DNA of 64,000 nucleotides from Oscillospiraceae bacterium (GTDB taxonomy: Bacteria; Bacillota; Clostridia; Oscillospirales; Ruminococcaceae). The position numbers and the translations under genes were made by a program. Under the pieces are notes generated by a model. It was given only the letters and a program-made list of their open reading frames with translations. It did no database searches and was not told where the DNA came from. The first letter of the stretch is position 1. Each line of letters begins with the position of its first letter. Where the stretch lies: NCBI GenBank assembly GCA_017512745.1, contig JAFWEV010000026.1, positions 11,377-75,376 of the forward strand. The letters are read 5' to 3'. Positions 55,967 to 64,000 of this stretch are shown here, in pieces.

Positions 55967-58198
55967 ATGCGCAAAAAGACAGTATTAAAAGACGGCTGGC
56001 GATTCCTGAAGCATGATATGCCTGTCGGCACAGCCATGGAATATGCCGCCCGCGGCGAAGCCGTGACCGTTCCCCATACATGGAATGCCGCAGACGGACA
56101 GGACGGCGGGAATGACTATCACCGCGGAAGATGCTGGTATGTGAGAGAGTTGTCCCCGGAAGAATGCGCCGGAGAGAGACTGTTTCTCGAGATAAACGGC
56201 GCGGCGATGAGCGCCGAAGTCTATCTCAACGGAGAAAAGATCGCGGAACACCGCGGCGGATACTCCGCTTTCAGGGCAGAACTCACAGAGAAACTCGCAG
56301 AGAAGAACACACTAGCAATATCCGTCGACAACAGCGACAACGATACCGTTTATCCCCAGAAAGCCGATTTCACTTTCTACGGCGGACTGTACCGCAGCGT
56401 GAACCTCATCGCGGTACCCGCAGAACACTTTGAGCTTATCAAAGACGGAACACCCGGAATAAAGGTCACGCCGGTGGCGGATCTTGAGAAAAAGACGGCT
56501 GTTGTGACCGTAGAGACGTGGCAGAACGCGGACAGCGTTGAGATGACGCTGACCGGGGTCGACTCCGAAGGGAATCCTGTTGAACTCAGGAAGACAGTAC
56601 CTTCTCAGGAAGGTTATGCCGCAGCCGAGTTCACGATAGAAAATGTCCGTCTGTGGGACGGACTCCGTGATCCGTATCTCTACACTGCGTCGGCAAGACT
56701 CGGCAGCGGAGATGAGGTATCCGCAGGATTCGGGTGCAGGGTATATGAGTTTGATGCCGGAAAAGGATTCTTCCTCAACGGCAGAAGCTACCCGCTGCGC
56801 GGAGTCTCAAGACATCAGGACCTCAAGGGAAGAGGCAATGCCCTGAGTGTGGAAGACCACAGAGCGGATATGGACATAGTAAGGGAACTCGGAGCAAACA
56901 CTCTCAGGCTCGCCCACTACCAGCACGCTCAGGAATTCTACGATCTGTGCGACGAGAACGGTATTGTTGTATGGGCGGAGATCCCGTACATCACGATGCA
57001 TATGAGCGGCGGAAGACAGAACACTCTCGATCAGATGAGAGAACTGATCACGCAATGCTACAACCATCCTTCCATAGCGGTATGGGGACTTTCCAATGAG
57101 ATCACCGCCGCGAGCACCGTGAATGAGGAACTTCTGGAAAACCACAGAGCGCTGAACGAACTCTGTCACAGGCTGGACCCGACAAGGAAGACAACCATGG
57201 CGAATGTGTTCATGCTCGAGACCGACAGCCCTATTCTGGACATCCCGGATGTCAACAGCTACAATCTCTATTTCGGCTGGTATGTCGGAGATATGGAACA
57301 GACGGACGAATTCTTCGATGAGTTCCACGAGAAGTATCCGGATAAGGTCATGGGCTTCTCCGAGTACGGGGCGGACGCAAACCCCGCGTTCCATTCCTCA
57401 AATCCTGAAAAGGGCGATTACACCGAGGAATTCCAGCTCAGGTATCACGAGCACATGCTCCGGATGATCGAAGCCCGCCCATGGCTCTGGGCGACCCACG
57501 TGTGGAATCTCTTCGACTTCGCTGCGGACGGCCGTGACGAAGGCGGAAAGCACGGAGAAAACCAGAAAGGTCTTGTGACGTTCGACAGGGGCCTCAGGAA
57601 AGACGCGTTCTACCTGTATAAGGCAGCCTGGAATAAAGAAGAGCCTTTCGTGCACCTCTGCGGGAAGAGATATGAAAACCGCTGCGAGGATGAGACCGAG
57701 ATCGCGATCTGCAGCAACCTGAATAAAATTACTCTGTATGTCGATGACGTAAAAGTTGCAGAACAGGAAGGAAACGTGATCTTCCGCTTCAGGATCCCGC
57801 TCATAGGCGAACATCTCATACGGGCTGAAGCAGAAGGATGTTCCGATACTATGGTCATAAGAAGAGTATCCGAACCCGACGGGAATTACATCTTCAACAA
57901 GTCGGCCGCTTCGGTAAACAACTGGTTTGACGCGGAAGAGGTAGATGAGAGCTGTTTCTCCGTTCAGGATACGCTCGCCGAACTGAGAGCGGATCCCCGC
58001 GCAGGCGCAGTGGTCGAAGCCATGATGGCAAAAGCCAGCGCGGCGAGAGGCGATGTCGCTGACGCCGTAAAGGACAATCCGGCGCTTCAGAAGATGCTCG
58101 GCAGAATGAAACTGATGAGCCTCCTCCAGCAGGGCGGAGCCGATGCGGAGAGCATAAAGCAGCTCAACAGGGTACTCCAGGGAATAAAGAAATCATGA
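55967..58198 (+). CDS. GH2 glycoside hydrolase (beta-galactosidase/beta-glucuronidase class)
   Basis: Contains NTLRLAHYQH, WGLSNEI (acid/base Glu) and GFSEYGAD (nucleophile Glu). Confidence 0.85.
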   Translation: MRKKTVLKDGWRFLKHDMPVGTAMEYAARGEAVTVPHTWNAADGQDGGNDYHRGRCWYVRELSPEECAGERLFLEINGAAMSAEVYLNGEKIAEHRGGYSAFRAELTEKLAEKNTLAISVDNSDNDTVYPQKADFTFYGGLYRSVNLIAVPAEHFELIKDGTPGIKVTPVADLEKKTAVVTVETWQNADSVEMTLTGVDSEGNPVELRKTVPSQEGYAAAEFTIENVRLWDGLRDPYLYTASARLGSGDEVSAGFGCRVYEFDAGKGFFLNGRSYPLRGVSRHQDLKGRGNALSVEDHRADMDIVRELGANTLRLAHYQHAQEFYDLCDENGIVVWAEIPYITMHMSGGRQNTLDQMRELITQCYNHPSIAVWGLSNEITAASTVNEELLENHRALNELCHRLDPTRKTTMANVFMLETDSPILDIPDVNSYNLYFGWYVGDMEQTDEFFDEFHEKYPDKVMGFSEYGADANPAFHSSNPEKGDYTEEFQLRYHEHMLRMIEARPWLWATHVWNLFDFAADGRDEGGKHGENQKGLVTFDRGLRKDAFYLYKAAWNKEEPFVHLCGKRYENRCEDETEIAICSNLNKITLYVDDVKVAEQEGNVIFRFRIPLIGEHLIRAEAEGCSDTMVIRRVSEPDGNYIFNKSAASVNNWFDAEEVDESCFSVQDTLAELRADPRAGAVVEAMMAKASAARGDVADAVKDNPALQKMLGRMKLMSLLQQGGADAESIKQLNRVLQGIKKS

Positions 58199-59040
58199 AA
58201 AAAGGCGTACAGCAGATAATGCTCGGCAGTGTGTGCGGGAGTGAATCTTCCGCACTCGCTGTGCTTGAAAAGATAAGGAAGTCGGGGTACGACGGACTGG
58301 AACTGAACCGCTTTATGGTGCATCCGTCCGGCCTAATGGTCCGGCTCCTCACGAAAGCCGCCGGGATGCCTACTGGGAACGGCGGAAAGCTTCCGTGGCC
58401 TCAGCTCGTTAAGGAAAGCGGACTTGAAGTCATAAGCCTGCATACAGACCTCGGCAGTCTGGAGAAGGACATCCCGGGTCAGGCAAAGGAGGCGAGGGAT
58501 TTCGGAACGGACAGGATGGTCATAACCGGAATGTACCGTTTTGACTATTCCGATGAGGCGGAACTGAGAAAGCTCGCCGGAAGACTGAATGACGCCGGAA
58601 AGGCTGTCAGGGATGAGGGCATAAGGCTTTTTTATCACAATCACAACGTCGAGCTTCTGAGGACCGCGGGCGGCGCGAGAGCGTACGATATTCTCATAAA
58701 TGAGACCGATCCGGATCTTGTGAACTTCGAGTTCGACAGCTACTGGTTCACGGACGCGGGAGCCGACGCAAAGGAATGGATGAGGAAGCTGGGAAGCCGC
58801 ATGAAACTCTGGCATATAACCGACCGCGGAACGAGACAGACGGGACCCGCGATGACGCCGATCCTGAAAGAGGACTGCGTGGAGCTTGGGACCGGGAATA
58901 TGGATCTTGACGGACTTGCCGCCATAGCAGAACAGAACGGCGCCGAAGCCGTGATACTTGAGAGCCACAGAAACTGGATAGACAAGGATCCCGTAAAGAG
59001 CTTCCAGCTCTCTTCCGCATGGCTTAACGAAAGGTTTTGA
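58195..59040 (+). CDS. Xylose-isomerase-like TIM-barrel protein embedded between glycosidase genes
   Basis: Contains YDGLELN, YHNH and FEFDSYW. The start overlaps the GH2 stop by 4 nt (ATGA). Confidence 0.7.
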   Translation: MKKGVQQIMLGSVCGSESSALAVLEKIRKSGYDGLELNRFMVHPSGLMVRLLTKAAGMPTGNGGKLPWPQLVKESGLEVISLHTDLGSLEKDIPGQAKEARDFGTDRMVITGMYRFDYSDEAELRKLAGRLNDAGKAVRDEGIRLFYHNHNVELLRTAGGARAYDILINETDPDLVNFEFDSYWFTDAGADAKEWMRKLGSRMKLWHITDRGTRQTGPAMTPILKEDCVELGTGNMDLDGLAAIAEQNGAEAVILESHRNWIDKDPVKSFQLSSAWLNERF

Positions 59041-59047
59041 GGATAAA

Positions 59048-61303
59048 ATGGACGTTTTTAAAGAAGCCGTATGGATAGACCCCGAACTGCCGCACAGCAA
59101 AGATGAGCGCCAGCCTGCAAGCGTACTGCGCAGATCTTTTACTGTGTCTCCGGCAGAAAAAACGGGTGATCCAGCAAGACTGTTCATCACATGCCACGGC
59201 CTGTATGAGGCGAAGATAAACGGCAGCCGCGTTGGTGATTTCATACTGGCTCCGGGCTGCGACAACTATAAGAAGCGCCTGCAGTATCAGGTATATGACG
59301 TCTCGGAACTGTTGAGAACCGGAGAAAACCTGATCGAGGTGACTCTCGGCGACGGATGGTACCGCGGAAATGTCGGTATCGACGGAATATGCAATTACTA
59401 CGGAAACGATCTTGCCCTTCTGTGCAGACTTGCGCTGGGGGACAGGACCGTTTTGGTTTCCGACGAAAGCTGGGAGGCGTCCCAGAGCGGACCGGTCCGT
59501 CTCAACGACCTTCAGAAGGGCGAAGAATACGACGCGCGCATGGAGACACCGGAAGACTGGCACGGTGTGACTCTGAGAGAGTGGTCGAGGGATATTCTCG
59601 TCGGTCCCGAAGGATGTGTCCCCGTTATTGAACAGGAGCGCTTTGAGGGCAGACTCATAAAGACCCCGAACGGCGAGACGGTAATAGATTTCGGGCAGAA
59701 TCTCGCGGGATATGTTGAGATGAAACTCGACGCTTCGGAAGGTCAGAAGATAACGCTGTGGCACGGGGAGACCCTCGATGAAAACGGCAATTTCACACAG
59801 AAGAATTTCGACCCGGGCGACCGCAACAAAAACGGCGGCATACCGCAGAGGATCGACTATATCTGCAGGGACGGACTGAATACATACAAACCTCATTTCG
59901 CGATATTTGGATTCCGCTATGCGAAGATAGAGACCGACGCCGATCTCTCCGGAGCCGAGTTCACATCCGTGGCAGTATACTCAAGAATGCCCCAGACGGG
60001 ATTCTTCGAATGCGGCAACAGCGACGTGAACAGACTCTTTGAGAACGCTCTCTGGAGTATGCGCTCGAATTTCTGCGATATCCCGACCGACTGCCCCACA
60101 AGGGAGAGAGCGGGATGGACGGGAGACGCCGGGGTGTTTGCTCCGACAGGGCTCATGCTCGCCGACTGCGCTCCCGTGCTCAGAAAATGGCTGGCGGAGT
60201 GCCGCATCGAACAGCGGGAGGACGGACTGGTCGAGAATATCGCTCCCGTAAACAACAGCGGAAGCATGATCTCAAATATGCTGCAGGGAGCCGCGGGATG
60301 GGGAGACGCATGCGTCATAGTCCCGTGGGAGATCTACAGCGCGACCGGAGACACATCCGTGCTCGAGGAGAATTACGGCATGATGACCGGATGGCTCGGA
60401 TTCTGTCTTGACCGCGCGTCGAAGACCCGGATAAAGAACAGAAAGAATCCGTACAGGAAATATCTTGTAGATCACGGATTCCATTTCGGCGAGTGGTGCG
60501 AGCCGGACGTGAACAATATGCAGACGATGAAGCAGAACATGACGAACGGAGCGCCTGAAGTTGCGACGGCCTACCTGCACAGATCTGCAGATCTTTTGTC
60601 CCGTATCGCCGGAGTTCTCGGAAAAGACAAAGACGCAGAAAAATATGCGGAGATCGCGGAATCCTCAAAACAGGCATACAGATATACATGTACCTGCAAA
60701 GGAAAGATCGATTCAAAACGCCAGGCTGAGTACGTAAGGCCCATAGCTTTCGGGCTCCTCGACGGAGATGAGGTGAAGGAAGCGGCGGATACCCTGAATG
60801 AACTGGTGACGGAAAACGGGTATCACCTGAATACCGGATTTCTCGCGACGCCGTTCCTGCTGCCTGTTCTCGCGGAGAACGGACACGCCGATACGGCATA
60901 CAGGCTTCTTCTTCAGGAGGATCGCCCGGGGTGGCTCTACTCGGTTAAAAAGGGCGCCACGACCATCTGGGAGACCTGGGACGGCATAGATGACGACGGA
61001 AAGCCTACGGCGTCGTTAAACCACTATTCCTACGGCGCTGTGGCCGGATGGTGCATCAGCGGGATATGCGGGATCAATGCCGGAGCGGAAGGCATAGTCA
61101 TAAGGCCGTTCCCTAATAAGGAACTTAAGTTTGCAGATGCCGCGCTCGACAGCCGCTTCGGCCGGATAGAGAGCGGATGGAAATACGAAAACGGTAAACT
61201 CAGTTTTGATATACTTGTACCTGAAGGAGCATCTGCCGTACTCATGCTTCCGGGAAGGGAAGCGGAGACGATAGGACCGGGAAGTCATCATTACGAGGAG
61301 TGA
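59048..61303 (+). CDS. GH78 alpha-L-rhamnosidase (second copy, shorter architecture)
   Basis: Contains DCPTRERAGWTGD and WLYSVKKGATTIWETWDGIDDDG. Confidence 0.85.
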   Translation: MDVFKEAVWIDPELPHSKDERQPASVLRRSFTVSPAEKTGDPARLFITCHGLYEAKINGSRVGDFILAPGCDNYKKRLQYQVYDVSELLRTGENLIEVTLGDGWYRGNVGIDGICNYYGNDLALLCRLALGDRTVLVSDESWEASQSGPVRLNDLQKGEEYDARMETPEDWHGVTLREWSRDILVGPEGCVPVIEQERFEGRLIKTPNGETVIDFGQNLAGYVEMKLDASEGQKITLWHGETLDENGNFTQKNFDPGDRNKNGGIPQRIDYICRDGLNTYKPHFAIFGFRYAKIETDADLSGAEFTSVAVYSRMPQTGFFECGNSDVNRLFENALWSMRSNFCDIPTDCPTRERAGWTGDAGVFAPTGLMLADCAPVLRKWLAECRIEQREDGLVENIAPVNNSGSMISNMLQGAAGWGDACVIVPWEIYSATGDTSVLEENYGMMTGWLGFCLDRASKTRIKNRKNPYRKYLVDHGFHFGEWCEPDVNNMQTMKQNMTNGAPEVATAYLHRSADLLSRIAGVLGKDKDAEKYAEIAESSKQAYRYTCTCKGKIDSKRQAEYVRPIAFGLLDGDEVKEAADTLNELVTENGYHLNTGFLATPFLLPVLAENGHADTAYRLLLQEDRPGWLYSVKKGATTIWETWDGIDDDGKPTASLNHYSYGAVAGWCISGICGINAGAEGIVIRPFPNKELKFADAALDSRFGRIESGWKYENGKLSFDILVPEGASAVLMLPGREAETIGPGSHHYEE

Positions 61304-61308
61304 AACAG

Positions 61309-63141
61309 ATGAAATACTATTGCAATCCGATAAACATCAATTACAGATATCAGTTCAACGCAGACCCGAGACTTAAGGGAAAGATACAGATCTGCCGCGA
61401 AGCGGCGGATCCCTCGATGATTTGTTTTGAGGGGCGATACTACATATTCGCCTCGATGACGCTCGGCGTATGGGTATCCGACGATCTCGTCAACTGGGAA
61501 AATCACAGACTCCCTGACGATCTTCCCCTGTATGACTATGCTCCCGACGTGAGAGTAAAAGACGGATGGGTGTATTTCTGTGCGTCAAGAAGAGAAGAGA
61601 AATGCGACTACTGGAGGACAAAGGATATCCTCAACGGCCCGTATGAGAAGATAGACGGAACTTTTCCGTTCTGGGATCCCGATCTTTTCTTTGACGATGA
61701 CGGCAAAGCGTATTTCTACTGGGGATGTTCCAACACGACTCCCGTATGGGGAGTCGAGGTAGATCCCGAAACACTTCTCCCGAAGACGGAACCGGTCGCT
61801 CTCATATACGGCAATCCGGCGGAGATAGGCTATGAGAGAATAGGCGAAGACAACAGTACACTGCCTGCTTCGGAAGAAGAAGTCGAGGTGAAGTATCAGG
61901 CATTCGTTAAGGCGCAGGGCGTGCCTGAAAGCATGCTGCCCGAGAATGTGAAGCCTCTTATACGCGGCATGTTCACGAACAAGCCGTTCATAGAAGGTGC
62001 ATGGATGGATAAACACTGCGGAAAATACTATCTCCAGTACGCCGCTCCCGGAACACAGTACAACACTTATTCCGACGGAGTGTATGTTTCGGATTCGCCC
62101 CTCGGACCGTTTGAGCTCGCCGAGAACAACCCGTACTCATACAAGCCGGGAGGATTCCTACCCGGGGCAGGGCACGGATCGACGATGAAGGACGATCAGG
62201 AGAACTGGTGGCATGTATCCACCATGAGGATATCCGTGAATCACGATTTCGAGCGCAGAGTCGGACTGTGGCGGGCAGGTTTTGACGCCGACGGAGAACT
62301 GTTCTGCGATCAGAGATACGGCGACTGGCCTCAGAGAGTCACAGGATTCAAGCAGGATCCGTGGCAGGTCCCCGAATGGATGCTGCTGAGCTTGGGAAAG
62401 AGCGCATCCGCATCGAGCTGCGCCGAGATCCCGGCAAACGGAAAACAGGAAGCGTATGTGTGCGGACCGGAGAATGCGACGGAAGAAAATGTCAGAATGT
62501 TCTGGAAAGCTGCGGGGGCAGGAAAGGACGAATGGCTCAAGGTGGACCTCGGCAAGGTGTTCGACGTACACGCAGTTCAGATAAATTTCGCGGATATCGG
62601 ACTCGACATCCCTGTGCCCGGCGAGATCCGTCCGGGAAGCCAGGCGAGATATATAGAGGAAGCGGATACCGTGACGCGCTGGAAACTTACAGGTTCCGTT
62701 GACGGCGAGACATGGAAGGTGATAGAGGACAAGACCTGTGCCGTAACGGACCTCTCACATGATCTTGTGGTCATCGAGGACGGCATACAGCTGAGATATC
62801 TGATGCTCTCCGAGATCGAATTGCCGTACGGACAGGCACCGTGCGTATCCGGGCTGAGAGTATTCGGAAAAGGAGACGGAAATGCACCGGAGACCCCCTC
62901 TTTCTCCGCAGTCAGAACAGGGGACATCGACATGGAGGTCAGCATAGAGCCGCAGGAGGACACCGTGGGATACAACATCCTGTTCGGTTCTTCGCCCGAC
63001 AAGCTCTATCACAGCTATATGATCTTCGGATCAGGGAAAAAACGTGTCGGCGCTCTGATCAAGGGAAGAGAGTACTATGTGCGCGTTGACGCTTTCAACG
63101 AAAACGGCATAACGGAAGGCAAATGCATACCGTTGGCATAA
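61309..63141 (+). CDS. GH43 glycoside hydrolase with a C-terminal F5/8-type-C (CBM32-like) domain
   Basis: Contains AADPSMICFEGRYYIFAS and FIEGAWM, motifs of the GH43 five-bladed propeller. The discoidin-like region reads WLKVDLGKVFDVHAVQINF. GAGGAG lies 9 nt upstream of the ATG at 61309. Confidence 0.75.
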   Translation: MKYYCNPININYRYQFNADPRLKGKIQICREAADPSMICFEGRYYIFASMTLGVWVSDDLVNWENHRLPDDLPLYDYAPDVRVKDGWVYFCASRREEKCDYWRTKDILNGPYEKIDGTFPFWDPDLFFDDDGKAYFYWGCSNTTPVWGVEVDPETLLPKTEPVALIYGNPAEIGYERIGEDNSTLPASEEEVEVKYQAFVKAQGVPESMLPENVKPLIRGMFTNKPFIEGAWMDKHCGKYYLQYAAPGTQYNTYSDGVYVSDSPLGPFELAENNPYSYKPGGFLPGAGHGSTMKDDQENWWHVSTMRISVNHDFERRVGLWRAGFDADGELFCDQRYGDWPQRVTGFKQDPWQVPEWMLLSLGKSASASSCAEIPANGKQEAYVCGPENATEENVRMFWKAAGAGKDEWLKVDLGKVFDVHAVQINFADIGLDIPVPGEIRPGSQARYIEEADTVTRWKLTGSVDGETWKVIEDKTCAVTDLSHDLVVIEDGIQLRYLMLSEIELPYGQAPCVSGLRVFGKGDGNAPETPSFSAVRTGDIDMEVSIEPQEDTVGYNILFGSSPDKLYHSYMIFGSGKKRVGALIKGREYYVRVDAFNENGITEGKCIPLA

Positions 63142-63166
63142 GACAACAGAACGGAGGAATTACCAG

Positions 63167-64000
63167 ATGTCATTTCCGAAAGGATTCATGATCGGCGCTG
63201 CGACCGCGGCGCATCAGGTGGAAGGAAACAATAAGAACAGCGATTACTGGCTGCAGGAGCAGATGCCCCACAGCAGTTTTACGGAGCCCTCAGGCATTGC
63301 GTGCGACCATTACAACAGGTATAAGGAAGACATAAAGATGCTTGCGGACGCGGGTCTCAACGCCTACAGGTTCTCTGTGGAATGGGCGCGCATAGAGCCG
63401 CAGGAGGGCGTTTTTGACGAGGCTGAGCTGGAACACTACCGCGATGTCATCAGGTGCTGCAGGGAGAACGGTGTCGAGCCCGTTGTGACGCTCATGCACT
63501 TTACAAGCCCTGCGTGGCTCATAAGAAAAGGCGGCTGGGAAGCTGAGAGCACGGTTTCCGATTTTGCGAGGTATGCCGGATATGTTGCGGAGAAGCTCGG
63601 AAGCGAACTCAATTATGTCTGCACCATAAATGAGGCGAATATGGGACTGCAGCTCGCCGCCATCGCCAAGCGCTTTGAACTTATGGCAAAACAGGCCGCT
63701 GCCAAAGCGGCCGAAGGGACAGTCCAGGTCGGAATGAACTTCCAGAAGATGATGGAGAATATGAAATATGCGGCGATGGAGAATGCCGAAGCATTCGGGA
63801 CGCCGCAGCCGCAGGTATTTGTGAGTTCCAGAACTCCCGAAGGAGACGCTCTTGTCATGAGAGCGCACAGGGCTGCGAAGGAAGCTGTAAAGAAAGCCGC
63901 GCCTCATATCAAAGTCGGACTGACGCTGTCCCTGCACGATCTCCAGGCACTGCCCGGAGGAGAAGAATATGCGGAAAAAGCATGGGATGAGGAATTTTCT
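63167..64000 (+). CDS. GH1 beta-glucosidase, 5' part (runs off the right window edge)
   Basis: It is missing from the ORF track because no stop is reached. The ATG at 63167 follows GGAGG. The translation FPKGFMIGAATAAHQVEGN...YRFSVEWARIEP is a GH1 hallmark, and the frame stays open to nt 64000. Confidence 0.85.
   Translation, partial: MSFPKGFMIGAATAAHQVEGNNKNSDYWLQEQMPHSSFTEPSGIACDHYNRYKEDIKMLADAGLNAYRFSVEWARIEPQEGVFDEAELEHYRDVIRCCRENGVEPVVTLMHFTSPAWLIRKGGWEAESTVSDFARYAGYVAEKLGSELNYVCTINEANMGLQLAAIAKRFELMAKQAAAKAAEGTVQVGMNFQKMMENMKYAAMENAEAFGTPQPQVFVSSRTPEGDALVMRAHRAAKEAVKKAAPHIKVGLTLSLHDLQALPGGEEYAEKAWDEEFS

Noticed and set aside
1-64000. A search by eye for tRNA, rRNA, CRISPR repeats, IS or transposase genes, integrases, toxin-antitoxin systems or phage-defence genes.
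   Set aside because: Nothing was found. Every long ORF has a metabolic, transport or regulatory assignment, and no short direct-repeat arrays or terminal inverted repeats were noticed.

Overview
This is a chromosomal segment from a Gram-positive, Clostridia-like anaerobe. The evidence is AGGAGG-type ribosome-binding sites, an LAGC lipoprotein signal, an MsmX-type shared ABC ATPase and YesL. I found no rRNA, tRNA, CRISPR array or mobile element.

Layout:
- 1-7.4 kb: the AT-rich 3' end of a polysaccharide (EPS/capsule) locus. It holds a Wzx flippase, a pyruvyl transferase, a MenD-like ThDP enzyme, an SDR, a glycosyltransferase and a Wzz protein with a degenerate kinase-like tail.
- 7.6-12.9 kb: composition rises sharply. 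Genes are rbsK, a MATE transporter, an MFS transporter and a PrsA-like foldase.
- 12.9-44.1 kb: a large carbohydrate/glycoside catabolic supercluster.
  - A PfkB kinase, two double-SIS proteins and RpiB.
  - YesL, an ABC importer and GH78.
  - A Gfo/Idh/MocA oxidoreductase followed by three tandem xylose-isomerase-like TIM barrels.
  - An inserted GldA/F/G-DUF4340 ABC operon.
  - A TIM barrel, a Gfo/Idh/MocA oxidoreductase and two ThuA genes.
  - DUF4867 plus a FucI-like isomerase.
  - An orphan MsmX ATPase.
  - A TIM barrel, RbsD, ThuA, an MDR dehydrogenase and an unknown protein.
- 44.26-47.3 kb: a clear glmS-ribozyme core sits in front of nagB, a GlmU-C-terminal-like acetyltransferase and glmM, rather than glmS. 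This is the most interesting signal in the window.
- 47.4-53.4 kb: a MATE transporter, a coupled trpF-like/pfkB/eamA/HAD operon, and an Fe-ADH.
- 53.5-64 kb: an AraC-controlled glycosidase locus with a GPH symporter, GH2, a TIM barrel, GH78, GH43+CBM32 and GH1 (truncated at the window edge).

All functional calls come from motif and family recognition by eye. No searches were run.
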